Shown one piece after another: positions 49,960 through 63,134 of a stretch of DNA of 64,000 nucleotides. This DNA is from Octopus sinensis (taxonomy: Eukaryota). Each line of letters begins with the position of its first letter. The stretch's first letter is position 1. The notes under the pieces were generated by a model, which ran no database searches, was not told the origin of the DNA, and was given only the letters and a program-made list of their open reading frames with translations. The stretch covers positions 7,068,001 to 7,132,000 of the forward strand of contig NC_042999.1 of the NCBI RefSeq assembly GCF_006345805.1. Reading direction: 5' to 3'. Made by a program: the position numbers and the translations under genes.

Positions 49960-52349
49960 AAAAAGTGTACGGTAGTTTGTGAATGCAAAAAAATTTTTTT
50001 TCATTTATGTTATTAATAATATGCCTACCCGCTTTGATAATGAAAAAAATTTAATTAATACACAGAGAGCATTTTTTATTTTTTCCATTATACACAGGTG
50101 CCGAAGTTAGTATTTTCCAATTTAATCTAAAATCTAAGTTCTTACTTTTGAGTTCCCAAATGTATGCACTTAACCCTGTAGAGTACATCCTATTTTTATT
50201 TCTAAAAGTATATCTATGATAATAAAGTCTCTGTTTCATGCTATTCATAGTTGCTCCGATATACACCCTACTACTAAATTGTGTATCCACAGTGCATTGG
50301 TAAACTACCTCCTTCCTGAGGCATTGATTACCAAACACACATTTATTTCTGTTTCTGAAATTACAGTTATTAACAGGTTGGGGTAATCCAACATTGGTCC
50401 TCAATCCTGTAACACCATTCACATTAGTAGTGTTACAATTATTATTACCATCCAAACCCAAATTCAACGAATGAATTAATTTATCATTATTGGCGATATT
50501 CCTATCAATAGTACTAGTATTGGTAGTAGTAGTATCATCTATTACATTGATATTTTCCCTTACAGGTACGGTACCCTCATAACTTATAAGAGGGTTGTTC
50601 TCGTTAGCTCCAAAAGATTTATTGTTCCTACTATTAAAGAGAGGCAAATTCCTATTATCTAAATTCAACTTTCTATCTTTATAGAAGTAATCCAGTTTCC
50701 TGTTATTAAAAGAGGAGATAATGGTGGCTAGATTATGTGTTATTATATATCCTATTCTAACAGGACCATTGTTGATTAAATGACTAAATTTATTCCTATC
50801 CTTTCCAAAGTGCCTAAATATTACATTATGCAAAGCTCTAACTATGTCTGTTTTTATCTGCATTGCATATGCGATAATAAGCCAAAGTGTATCCTTATCA
50901 GTATTAGGGTTGCCTATCAAATTATTGTTTTTAGTAAAAACCTTATTCCTTGACCAACCCATATGTTTACTATCCTTACCAATGTCATTGTTATGCCTAT
51001 CTATATCAATATTCCCATAATTATTACGCAAGTAAACTTTACTATTATCATATCTACCATAAGTTTTGATATGTATATTATTAATATTACTACCATTACC
51101 TGTTTGCGCAGATCTATTTAAACTACCGTCCACCGTTCCGAGGTTAACAACACCTCTATAATTATTATAGGCGTTTTCATATATTCTATTTTTCCTTTTC
51201 TTATAGTTATTATTGTTTGTCCTAAATCTATTGGCGTTGTTCCTAATAGTTCCACCTCCATTTGGATGATTCCCCTTAGGTATATACCATATTTTACTTT
51301 TGTAGCCTGCTTTCAGCAATGCTGCGTTGTATCTATCACAATGCTTGTTTAAAATGTCCTCGTTTGAGGATAAACAAGAAATTCTCTGACTAATGCTACG
51401 CACTAGTGCACTTTTAATTTGAGGGGTGTGATTGCTAGAACGGTTTATATATATTAAGTTAGAATTGGGTTTAATATAAGGTTCATGTATCCCATTAGTA
51501 ATGTTACAATTGACATCCAAATAATTAGCAGAGTAGTTTTCACTTTCAATGATAATGGATAGGCCAAAACTTTAAAAAAAATTATTTATTCTTTTTTTCA
51601 GAAGACCTAATCTCCTATTAGATGTATTATTTACACAAAATAAAGCGTCATCCCTATATAATCCTCCTTTTCATTCAGGGAATTCCCTACTAATGTTATC
51701 TAATAGATACATCCCAACTAGATCAGTCACTTCCGCTGAGTCCGGCAATCCCATGGTGATGTCGAACAAGTTGAGTGTGTCCTTTCTAGCCCAAAGTTTA
51801 TTATCAAACTCTATTAACGTTTTCCTAGCTGTTAAGATAACCCTAATCTCACCCATACTTAATTTAGTGTATTTTCTAGCAAAAATTAAAGCCTTATTTA
51901 ATATAATAGGGTTAATGGAAGTGTAATAATTTTGTATATCAAATTGGATGAATTTACTTCTATTATTGTCACAGACCTTAATGGTAGAAAACCAATCCAA
52001 TGCACATTGAGTGTTCTTCCAAAGGCTAAGTTTAATCTTATTGCGAATAGTAGGTAGATATTTATCCAGAATGAGTTTGCTCAGTCTGCCCAAGTCAGAT
52101 TTGGTAGGGCAAATCAATCTGACCTGCATGTTTCCAAGAAAGTTTTCTTTATGATCCTTTAGTGTGATTCTCGGTCTGGTTGGGGTGTAAGGTTCCGTTT
52201 TTTCTTCTAGGTAATAGTCCAACATTATTTCTCTAATCTCAAGGTTCAGTTTTCTAAGTGTTCTAAAAGGTACAATTTTATATTTCTTAGTAATTTCTTT
52301 GTGTAGTAGATCATGGTATGTAGGAGTGTCAATGTTATAGATGTTGCTG
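49960..52349 (-). pseudogene. PLE RT-GIY-YIG polyprotein remnant
   Basis: KDHKENF, FIQFDIQNYYTSI, FDITMGLPDSAE, frameshift near 51670-51680, GLYRDD at about 51645-51662, VVYQC…VYIGAT…CSLC, then a premature stop at 50051. Confidence 0.9.
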
Positions 52350-52827
52350 GTGGGGCATCCTTGTTAATGTCTCATTTATACCTGCCTTATATGGCCTATA
52401 GGTTAAATGAGGCATGATTGCCCTTACGGCCGAAACAGCTGTCAGATATGATATAATTATATATTATATTTTATATTTTATATGTCTATTTCATTGTCTA
52501 ATTATATTTACTATATATTTTGTATAATGCCTTTACTGTTATGTAATGGTGTAATAAATTATTGATTGGGTATCATCTGATGGTTGATATTTGATTGATT
52601 TAAGTATGTTTCTCCATTTTCTAATTTTGTAGTATTAATTTACGGTCATATTTTTACCTTTGCCCACATAATACAGTAGATGAATTAATTGCATGGCAAT
52701 CTTTAACATTTATGTATTAGTATTGTTGGGTACCTCTCTAGCAGTATATTGGATATATGTTATCCCATGGTGGGTTGAATTTTCAACCCCTATCTCATTT
52801 TATAATATATATATATATATATATATA

Positions 52828-52968
52828 TTCCGCCGAGGTCGACTTTGCCTTTCTTCCTTTCGGGGACGATTAAATATGTACTAGTTACGCACTGGGGATC
52901 GATGTAATCGACTTAATCCGTTTATCTGTCCTTGTTTGCTCCCTCCATGTTTAGCCCCTTGTGGGCAA
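52828..52968 (+). mobile_element. SINE-B 3' part
   Basis: ttccgccgaggtcgactttgcc…ccccttgtgggcaata. Confidence 0.8.
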
Positions 52969-52999
52969 TATATATATATATACATATATATATACATAT

Positions 53000-53083
<84 letters not shown>

Positions 53084-54440
53084 GATCCATACGTATATGT
53101 ATACACACACACATAAATATGTTCGGGTGCAACGGATATATGAACAGTTTCTGCTTACAACAAACTTTCACTTAAATTTGTTCACCAACACGAGATGTCT
53201 GCCTTAAATATCGCACGGTGAGGTCAAATCTGGTATGAACTGATTTTAGCCAAAATCGAATCCTTATATAACTAACTATAATCATCAATGTATTTGGTAT
53301 CGATTTCGTACAATTTTATTATATATACTTTGTGCTACTTCAGATAGTCGACAGGCAAAAATGGGGAATCTGCCACAGCCATTAAACAACCATCAACATC
53401 TTCTGAGCTTCTTGTGGTTGCAGAAACAGCTGAATAATATTAATTCTCGCTGGATTAGTATTTGCATTAGATGCATGGAACATATGAGAATCGCATTCTT
53501 TGCTCCCGTGGAACACATAAATTGCTGTATTTTTCCTGAAGCCTATTACAAACAAACGTCCTTTAAATTCACTCCACACAAATACGAAATGTGCAATTTC
53601 ATGGCGTATTAATACTTTGAATAACATAATAGCGTCGAATTCACATATGAAATATTTCAAATGTGCGCTTAAAATAGAAAACCACGAGTGTTATTAACAT
53701 CTTAATGCATTGAAAGATGTTTATCATTGAAACTATTGCGACACCTGCCAGCAAACAGATTCAATGTTAATACATCGACTCTCTATACTATAGAAACCAA
53801 CTCAGGTCTGTCGTTCGCAACATGATTATTTCCGTAAATGAGGAACGTACATTGGATAGAAGCCGTCTGCTTCTATTCCGTATATTGACATTATTATCAG
53901 TTGAAGAATATTTATATCATATTTTTTATTATCTTTTTGAGAAAGAAGCGATTTAGTTATGATAGTTATTATAGGTCGATTCAGGTAGACTAAGTGATTG
54001 ATAAAATAGATTCAACTTGATCTTTCATAGGTCGATATCTTCAGGAAATAATTGGGAGCTAATTTGATGAGAGAGTTTTGTAGTTTTAAATATAAGAAGA
54101 ACTGGGAAATGTGTATAGAATGGCATATGAGAGTGCTATAAAGGCAGACAAGTGTGCAGAGTACATTTTCGAGGTGTAGTATAAAATATATTCATATGCG
54201 GTGGTGCAGAGAATTAGAAACGGCCAAAGGAACTGTAAAAACCAAATGGAAGACAGAAATGCAGACGATACAAATGAGATGTCGAAGATTTCATACATGG
54301 AACATGGGGGACTGGAAAACTTGGAATAAACAAGAGGAAAATATAGAGGATGAAGGTGGGAGTACATTTTGAAAGAAAGTCAATTAGTGAAAGAAACACT
54401 TGCAATAACTCCTGAAATATACATATATACTTTTGTTACC

Positions 54441-54725
54441 TATTTCTTATTTCTTTACTGCCCACAAGGGGCTAAACACAGAGAGGACAAACAAGGACAG
54501 ACAAACAGCTTAAGTCGATTATATCGACCCCAGTGCGTAACTGATATTTATTTAATCGACCCCGAAAGGATGAAAGGCAAAATCGATCTCGGCGGAATTT
54601 GAACTCAGAACGTAACGGCAGACGAAATACCTATTTCTTTACTACCCACAAGGGACTAAACGGCAGACGAAATACCGCTAAGCATTTCGCCCGGCGCGCT
54701 AACGTTTCTGCCAGCTCGCTGCCTT
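54441..54725 (-). mobile_element. SINE-B with short extra internal unit
   Basis: gaaatacc junction repeated at about 54625 and 54670. Confidence 0.85.
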
Positions 54726-54768
54726 CTGTCTTCGACCGCATTGGTTACAAAGATGTATTCGTATACGT

Positions 54769-55125
54769 GGAGGTGCAATGGCCCAGTGGTTAGGGCAGCG
54801 GACTCGCGGTCATAGGATCGCGGTTTCGATTCCCATACCGTGAGTGTTTATTGAGAGAAAACACCTAAAGCTCCACGAGGCTCCGACAGGGGATCATGGT
54901 GATGCCTGCTGTACTCTTTCACCACAACTTTCTCTCACTCTTACTTCCTGTTTCTGTTGTACCTGTATTTCAAGGGGCCGACCTTTTCACTCTCTGTGTC
55001 ACGCTGAATATCCCCGAGAACTACGTTAAGGGTGCACGTGTCTGTGGATTGCTCAGCCACTTATACGTTAATTTCACGAGCAGGCTGTTCCGTTGATTCG
55101 GATCAACCGGAACCCTCATCGTCGT
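54769..55125 (+). mobile_element. SINE-C (head 1 + tail 1) full length
   Basis: ggaggtgcaatggcccagtggttagggc…gtttcgattccc…gtcgtaaccgacggagtgc. Confidence 0.9.
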
Positions 55126-55559
55126 AACCGACGGAGTGCTTCCATCCATTCGTATACGAACCGTCGTAATTTTCAGAGCTGAATTATATAGAAAATCTGA
55201 AGTAACGTACATTTTAACAAATGATATGAGGTGCATGGGTTTAGCAAGGCATTTAAAACGAGTCAGTTGCATTTAAGGAAGATGCCAAGAATAAGTGGTC
55301 CATATTTCGAATGCTTTAGTTCGATGTTGAAACCTGATTTTAAAACAACTAAAGAACTTTTTCTTCGATGTACTCCATCAGATGAATCTAGTCTTTGATA
55401 GATCGACCGGAAGTCGGATTGGTGTGTGCGCACTCGCCACATTACGAGAAGAAGCGGTAAGTTTTTTTGAGAACCTTGACCAAAATAGCTGGTTCTGAGT
55501 TTTAGCAGAATTATGGAGGCGCAATTATCTGTAAACCATTCTCCGTATCCTCACTATGC

Positions 55560-55745
55560 CAAGCGCAACCATTTCTTCACCGCTTAAAAGAATTTTAGTC
55601 GGACGAACAGACCGCAGTACTTACTGTTTGAGCCTGGTACTTATTTTATCCGCCCCTTTTTCTGAACTGCTTGATTGTAGGAACGCAAACAAACTAACAC
55701 CAGTTGTCAAGCTGTGGTGGCCGGCAAACAGAAAGACACATATAC
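55560..55745 (-). mobile_element. SINE-A 3' half, diverged
   Basis: ctggtacttattttatc…gaactgct…accagttgtcaag. Confidence 0.6.
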
Positions 55746-55759
55746 ACACGTATATAATA

Positions 55760-55816
<57 letters not shown>

Positions 55817-55944
55817 ATATTGTATAGAGGGCATTATTACACATAAATGCCTCACACTAAGAGGGACAAAGTCATTACTACCAAAATTACAATAATCATA
55901 CCTAAATGCAGTTCTTCAAAGCAAGACATTTAAAAAATGAATTT

Positions 55945-56002
55945 AGTTCTGTATCAACAGGATTTCACATTTAACTTACGTCTTATGATCCTCAGCAGAA
56001 CT
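55945..56002 (-). ncRNA. Type-I hammerhead (U-U at the base of stem II)
   Basis: Stem I AGUUCUG/CAGAACU (7 bp), CUGAGGA, UCAU…AUGU, GAAA, stem III AUC/GAU, AUA site. Confidence 0.7.
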
Positions 56003-56125
56003 GATTCTGAACATATCATAAATAAACCACCAACCTTACCTAGCGAAGACGAACAGACGAACAAATATATATATATATGTATATATATATATTGATCAAA
56101 ATAAAAACATGATGCCAAGGATTCA

Positions 56126-56203
56126 GCTGTACATATGTTTCGGGCCTTTATTAGACAGATTTATAACAATGCATAATGTATTTCTGTGGCCTTCTTCAGC
56201 CGC
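56126..56203 (-). ncRNA. Type-I hammerhead, sense-arm copy (stem I mismatch)
   Basis: GCGG-CUGAAGA-A-GGCC…GGCCC-GAAAC-AUAU-GUA-CAGC. Confidence 0.7.
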
Positions 56204-58016
56204 GCACAACAGCTTCCACAAGGACATGTGTTACATCAAAAATTCTTGGTTGGGGATGCAAATCCTCTCATTCGCGTACGACATAATGCGGCAACAGCAT
56301 AGAATTGAAGCGTCCATCTCTTTCTTCTCTCAATGTAGAATGAGGAAATTTGGATGTTGAAGTAATGTAAATAAATAAATACATATATAGACGTGAAGAT
56401 GGAGGGGCGAGAATTCAGGACGGGGGATAAAGAATGTATAAAAAGTGTAAGTATAGAAAAATATAAAAATGTAGAGTATAAAGATATAAAGGGATATAAG
56501 GAGATGTAAAGGGGATATAAAGAATATAAAGAAATATAAAGAAATATAAATGAATGTAAAGGCATAAGGTTATAAAGTAAAAATAGAAATAGAAATAAAA
56601 GTAAAAAGTAAAAAAATAAAAATAGGAATAAACATGATAAAAATGTAAAAAAATATAAAGATAAGGGATGTATAGAGGTTACGGACCAAACATGGTGGTC
56701 AGGAGATTGATAAAATTTAGTTGTAGAAGTTTTGGGTGTCAATAAATCAACAGGGTCGTCTGGGGACCTAGTGTGTTGTAAATCAGAGCTGTTGAGCGTT
56801 TAATCTAGTTCTTTGAATTAATTGGTCATCTTGTACATACATACCATCATGGATACATACACCCATATACACGCGCACATATACGCGCGCATACACGGCT
56901 CCAAGCCTATAAGCATACACATGCACTCACGTGTAAACATGTACATAAACACACATACACCCACACGCACGCGCGTATATATACATACATACAACAGAAT
57001 ATCCGCATATATACACGGACATCATACGTGTACACACCCATATATACATACGTGCGTCCATCCTTACATACACATACACATATGCCCACGCTTCCAGGTT
57101 TAGATATAAGATATTAAAGGATGTATATAAGAACGTATGTAAAGAATCACGCACTCACGCCTACACGTGCACGCACACACGGCTGTGTGTCCATATGTGC
57201 GTGCACATATACACTTACATACACACACAGAGACATACGCGCATATGGGTATAGCTATAAGATATTGAAAGATGTATACAAATAGGTGTAAACATATGAA
57301 TATAAGAAAACATGTAAGAAAATGTAAAGAAATACGGGGTATGCACATCCAGACGTAGATGTTTACTCGTACATATGTACACATATGTATACGTATACAT
57401 ACGTACACGGACGCTCGTATAATCATAAAGCGGATCCATAGGTAAGTAAATAAGGGATAAGCAAAAAAAATTAGACATATATAGAGATATAAAGCGATAA
57501 GTTAGGGGTAAGAATGAGGGTAAGAGTAAAAATTAGAAATAAAAGTAAGAAATACAATATAAAATAAGAAATACGATGTAAAAGTTAGAAATGAAATATA
57601 AAAATTATAAAAATTATAAGAATTAAGATAGGGATGAAAATAAAAATGAGAATAAAGGTAAAGCGAAGTAGAATAGGATAAAGCAAAATAAAAGTAAAAA
57701 TAAAAATAAAATAAAATAAAAATATAATCTGGTAAAGTTTAACATGAGATGAAGGTGGTTGAAAGTTAGAGGTGTGTGTTAAAGGTGCCCACGTAGGGGC
57801 GGGCGGGGGGAACTGAAAATTGGAAGGGTGGGAAGTGGAGTTTGGCGGTGTGCGTTCAACATCCGAGTTAGAAATGTGAAAGGGTATAGATATAGGGAAA
57901 TAAAGAGACTATATAGGAAGGATATGGGTGTAGGAGAAGAAATATGTAGGGAAAAAAAGACATATATGGGAGACAAAATGTGTATATATAGGGGGAAAAT
58001 GCAGGGAAACATATAT

Positions 58017-58069
<53 letters not shown>

Positions 58070-58212
58070 CATATACATACACATATGTGCACATACATAT
58101 ATATACGCGCACATATACACATATACACGCACATATAGGAAAGCGGGATGTGCTGGAGCCGACAGGTTGCACCGGGTGGGAGGAAATTGCATGGGGGAGT
58201 TGGTATAATAAC

Positions 58213-58908
58213 CTAAGCTTTGTAGTATTTGAAAGTATTAATAAGTTTGTGTATACAGGATGGTTTGAACTCTGACCTTTTGTTGATAAGATTGTGTTTG
58301 TCTTTGAATTTCAAGATGTTCAGGAGTTCTACACAACATAGTTGGCATCCTGCTCTATTATTTAAATAAGGTGCAGCTGATCCGATGATGGACCACCTGA
58401 GTTTGAAGCCTAAGCATTTGTCTTTTAATTCCCAAATTTTTTTAGAAAGGGAGGTGCTGTTAGCCTTATGTCTGTGTTTCAGCGAGGACCGGTGGTTGTA
58501 GTATCTGGATTTCCAGGAGGTTGAGCAACCTATGTAGGTGAGTGTGTTAAACTGGGTACTCACCTCACATGAATATATTACGTTTTTCGCCCTACATGCG
58601 CCCTGTAGCGGACACTCGGATGCACATATGCAGTTGCAGTTCATTGCATTATTCGGTCGTGTGCTGCTAATCCCAGGCGGAGGTGTTGCAATGCGAGTAG
58701 GGGCGTTGATATCCTCCTGGTTGTTGATGGGTGTAGTATTGCCTCTGTTGTGTTGGCGGGTGTTATTACTAACTGTTTGGGTAATATGGCTGCCAGTCTG
58801 ATTGTATTGTCTACTATCTGGATGAGGGGGGTTCGGTTGGTCGCTATAGCTTGCTCTTGATCTAGCTGTTCTAATATTAATATAGTTATGTTTAGCTATG
58901 AGGCAGCT
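58213..58908 (-). pseudogene. PLE GIY-YIG endonuclease domain (N-terminally truncated)
   Basis: CPLQGAC…NVIYSC…YIGCS…RYYNH…CQLC…LINKRSE…CIH; frame open to a natural-looking stop. Confidence 0.9.
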
Positions 58909-59835
58909 CATACGTTCTTATATACATCCTTTAATATCTTATATCTAAACCTGGAAGCGTGGGCATATGTGTATGTGTATGTAAGGATGGACGCACGTAT
59001 GTATATATGGGTGTGTACACGTATGATGTCCGTGTATATATGCGGATATTCTGTTGTATGTATGTATATATACGCGCGTGCGTGTGGGTGTATGTGTGTT
59101 TATGTACATGTTTACACGTGAGTGCGTGTGTATGCTTATAGGCTTGGAGCCGTGTATGCGCGCGTATATGTGCGCGTGTATATGGGTGTATGTATCCATG
59201 ATGGTATGTATGTACAAGATGACCAATTAAATCAAAGAACTAGATTAAACGCTCAACAGCTCTGATTTACAACACACTAGGTCCCCAGACGACCCTGTTG
59301 ATTTATTGACACCCAAAACTTCTACAACTAAATTTTATCAATCTCCTGACCACCATGTTTGGTCCGTAACCTCTATACATCCCTTATCTTTATATTTTTT
59401 TACATTTTTATCATGTTTATTCCTATTTTTATTTTTTTACTTTTTACTTTTATTTCTATTTCTATTTTTACTTTATAACCTTATGCCTTTACATTCATTT
59501 ATATTTCTTTATATTTCTTTATATCCCCTTTACATCTCCTTATATCCCTTTATATCTTTATACTCTACATTTTTATATTTTTCTATACTTACACTTTTTA
59601 TACATTCTTTATCCCCCGTCCTGAATTCTCGCCCCTCCATCTTCACGTCTATATATGTATTTATTTATTTACATTACTTCAACATCCAAATTTCCTCATT
59701 CTACATTGAGAGAAGAAAGAGATGGACGCTTCAATTCTATGCTGTTGCCGCATTATGTCGTACGCGAATGAGAGGATTTGCATCCCCAACCAAGAATTTT
59801 TGATGTAACACATGTCCTTGTGGAAGCTGTTGTGC

Positions 59836-59913
59836 GCGGCTGAAGAAGGCCACAGACATACATTATGCATTGTTATAAATCTGTCTAATAAAGGCCCGAA
59901 ACATATGTACCGC
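59836..59913 (+). ncRNA. Type-I hammerhead, inverted-arm copy (stem I perfect)
   Basis: GCGG-CUGAAGA-A-GGCC…GGCCC-GAAAC-AUAU-GUA-CCGC. Confidence 0.78.
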
Positions 59914-60015
59914 TGAATCCTTGGCATCATGTTTTTATTTTGATCAATTTGCTCCACCACCTACACCACCAAACGGTATACACAGGTGCTTATAATTATC
60001 AAGTACTCACCCCGA

Positions 60016-60144
<129 letters not shown>

Positions 60145-60224
60145 ATATAATATTATATAATATAATACAATATAATATAATAATATAATATAATATAATA
60201 TATATATATGCATATATATATATG

Positions 60225-60345
60225 ACGGGCCTCTTTCAGTTTTCATCTACTAAATATAATCACAAGCTTTTGGTTGGACTGAGGCTAATAGTGGAAGACA
60301 CTTGCCCCAGGTACCCTGCCGTGGAACTGCACCGGTAGCTATGGT
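60225..60345 (-). mobile_element. SINE-A 5' part, diverged
   Basis: acgggcctctttcagttt…gaagacacttgccc. Confidence 0.7.
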
Positions 60346-60944
60346 GTTGGGAAACCTGCTGTCTTATTTCATTTAATTGGCCACAAGGGCCTTACACAGA
60401 AAGGAAGCTGCGGGCTGGACACACACGACTAATGAAATGGTGGAAAATGAGGGCAACAGCAACGCCCACCGATTGCTGTAGACCCCAGCACATTGTTCTT
60501 TTATAGAAAATTTCGAGGCAATAAACCTCTTACAAAACCAGCATTATGGAGGGAATATACTTCTTACATTGACTACATACGAAACCACTTCGAGGCAATG
60601 AATCTCTTACTCAAATCTGGGAAGCCTGCTTATTACCACTCAGCCACGTCTGTGAATGAGAATGATTCCATTATTTGACAATAGAATCGCACAGCTGTGC
60701 TGTGTAACAATAATAAAACTCGTTAGTGTTCCTTGAAAGATTTCCAGATGTTTGTTCCCATTCCTTTTCCATTCCCTCTTCACTTGGGAATTATTTTTAG
60801 AAACTTAATATTTCTGGCGTCGTTTTTTATCCGAAGATTTTCGAGAATTTTTCTTCGTAGAATTCTCATTTTCCCTTTCTGTATTTTGTGTCTATTATTT
60901 CCTTTTATATTCTTTCTATCAACACTTGTTCTATTTAAGAATTA

Positions 60945-61499
60945 CTAGCAGTATCGCCCGGCGTTGCTCGGGTTTGTTTCGACCCTTTAGAATTGGAATT
61001 TTTGAAAAGTAAAAATTTTGCATTATATAGCTTGCTATTCTCTATGAGTAAACATTTTTCTGGTTAGTTTTGTTTTTCTAGAATTTATAATATAATTGGA
61101 CTATTTTTCCTATTTCACTTAAATACATATAATCGTATTTTTAAGAGAACTGCTGAACAGGAAGCAAAATTCCCGAAGAGTATAAACCCTCGAGCGAGTT
61201 GTGCCTCCCTCTTTATATATATATTCGATCTGTCTTCGCTGATACTGAGGAAAAATGGCGACACAGCAGTAAAAAAGAATCGTAAAAAATAGGGATTTTT
61301 ATAGAAAAAAAAAGCACCTTTTTGGTGTTAACATGGTCCAATTTGAATTTTTTTCTTCTACGGAAGGAAGAGCAAGCCTTCTTCTATCATACTCTCAATT
61401 TTGGTCAACTTGCGCCGCAGGGTCTCGGAGGAGATAGTGTTAGTTGAAGGCTACCAAACTTGCCATGCACAGACAACTTCAGCTTTATATATAGAGAGA
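60945..61499 (-). mobile_element. Non-autonomous Helitron with internal insertion
   Basis: A|TC start, hairpin plus CTAG|T end; ~175 bp (61066-61240) absent from the 19893 and 12735 copies. Confidence 0.85.
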
Positions 61500-61524
61500 T
61501 TACGTTTAACAATGTTTGCTGATT

Positions 61525-61660
61525 TCGGTGCTGTTGTTGTTTTGCATTTGCTTGTTTGTTTTTGTTGGTCGAGTTGTTCCTGTTTGTGTTGTTGTTGTTG
61601 TTGTTGTGGTTATAGTTGTTGTTGTTGTTATTCGTCTTGTCTTTGCTACTGTTGTTGTTT
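61525..61660. repeat. (GTT)n-rich tract
   Basis: Direct reading. Confidence 0.9.
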
Positions 61661-61679
61661 TGTGTCAGGTATAATCTTT

Positions 61680-62062
61680 TATCTTTTGCTTGTTTCAATC
61701 ATTAGACTACGACCATGCTGGGGCACCGCCTTGAAGAGTTATTAATAGAATGAATCGACCCCAGTACTTTTATTTTCCATTTTAATCTTGGTGTTTATTC
61801 GAACGTTAACTTTTGACGTAAACATACCAACACCGGCTGCCAAGCAGCAGTGGAGGACAAACACCGACACAATGACGCACACGCACACATACGTGTATGT
61901 GACTGGCTTCTTTCAGTTTCCATCTACGAAACCCACTCACAAGGTTTTGGTCGGTCCTAGCCCATGGTGGGAGACGGTTGCCTATATTGCCACCCAGTGG
62001 GACTGAACTCCCGAACCGTGTGGTTGGGAAGTAAGCTTCTTACCACACAGCCACGCCTGCAA
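61680..62062 (-). mobile_element. SINE-A, older diverged copy
   Basis: accacacagccacgcc head end; catgctggggcaccgcc tail. Confidence 0.8.
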
Positions 62063-62345
62063 CTGTAATATGTTTACATTTGGGGCAAAGTGTTCCTTTA
62101 GAATCTTGCCGTCTCTGATTCTATCTGGCATCAGTTTATATAGGATCACTGCTGTTTTGCTTTTGGTGGAGGTCGGCGCAACTTCAGAGATTCCCTGTTT
62201 TACAAGCGGCGTCGTGTGTAACTAGCTTTGGGGTCTCCAGTTCTTCTGTTCTACTGAAGCCGAGATCATTAAAATATGGTGGCACTGACTATCTGAAATA
62301 GGGAAATACTTTTCTAAAGATCTTCACATTAATCAATATTTTTCC

Positions 62346-62516
62346 ACGCAGGAGTGGCTGTGTGGTAAGTAGCTTGTTTACCAACCACATGGTTCCGGGT
62401 TCAGTCCCACTGTGTGACACCTTGGGCAAGTGTCTTCTACTATAGCCTCGGGCCGACCAAAGCCTTGTGAGTGGATTTGGTAGACGGAAACTGAAAAGAA
62501 GCCCGTCGTATATATG

Positions 62517-62547
<31 letters not shown>

Positions 62548-62770
62548 GTATGTGTGTGTGTTTGTGTGTCTGTGTTTGTCCCTCTAGCATTGCTTGACAA
62601 CCGATGCTGGTGTGTTTATGTCCCCGTTACTTAACGGTTCGGCAAAAGAGACCGAGAGAATAAGTACTGGGCTTACAAAGAATAAGTCCCGGGGTCGAGT
62701 TGCTCGACTAAAGGCGGTGCTCTAGCATGGCCACAGTCAAATGACTGAAACAAGTAAAATAGTAAAAGAA
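62346..62770 (+). mobile_element. SINE-A full length
   Basis: Canonical head, body and tail. Confidence 0.92.
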
Positions 62771-63134
62771 TATTTGATGAGTAGAACAGATTTTTTTAAA
62801 AGTAAGCGTTGTTATTTTCAAGCCAATACTAGACTGCTCTTACTTCAGGAATCTACTCTAAAAATAGCCATTGAGATTATAATAAATATCAAATTGAAAA
62901 TGCTGCTGTTCTTGCGAAATCCAGTTCCCAACTGTTTCCAAAGGATCCTGCAACATTGTTTAACCGTTCTGCATGCAACAGAGGAATGTTTTAGGAATTT
63001 TCCGATCTTAAGAATAGTTACAGTGACATGTATTCGGGTAAACGCGAATAATTTTATGTGTGTTATCTAAGACGAAACTGGATTCGATGTCTTCGGTATT
63101 TCTCGAGTTATCAATGCTTAATAATATTAATTTC

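Larger units (their letters stand above)
47315..52805 (-). mobile_element. Penelope-like element 1, 5'-truncated with inverted pLTR copy
   Basis: RT plus GIY-YIG; 285-bp inverted repeat at 47315-47599 and 52350-52634 (2 mismatches seen); (AT)n flanks. Confidence 0.9.

Noticed and set aside
54090-54350. Possible ancient RTE-like RT C-terminal fragment (similar hint at 22500-22850)
   Set aside because: Only vague motif similarity; cannot be supported without a search.
54769-54845. tRNA gene candidates at SINE heads (also 25557, 2700, 7179)
   Set aside because: They have A/B boxes but no complete cloverleaf, and they continue into SINE bodies.
56236-59803. Twin 165-168 aa hydrophobic ORFs (56236-56742 and 59306-59803) resembling membrane proteins
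   Set aside because: They come from the T-rich strand of the duplicated PLE arm; low-complexity F/L/Y/I bias only.
60490-60680. Possible host exon after ttcttttatag
   Set aside because: No recognisable protein and no convincing donor site; contains only a short degenerate internal repeat.
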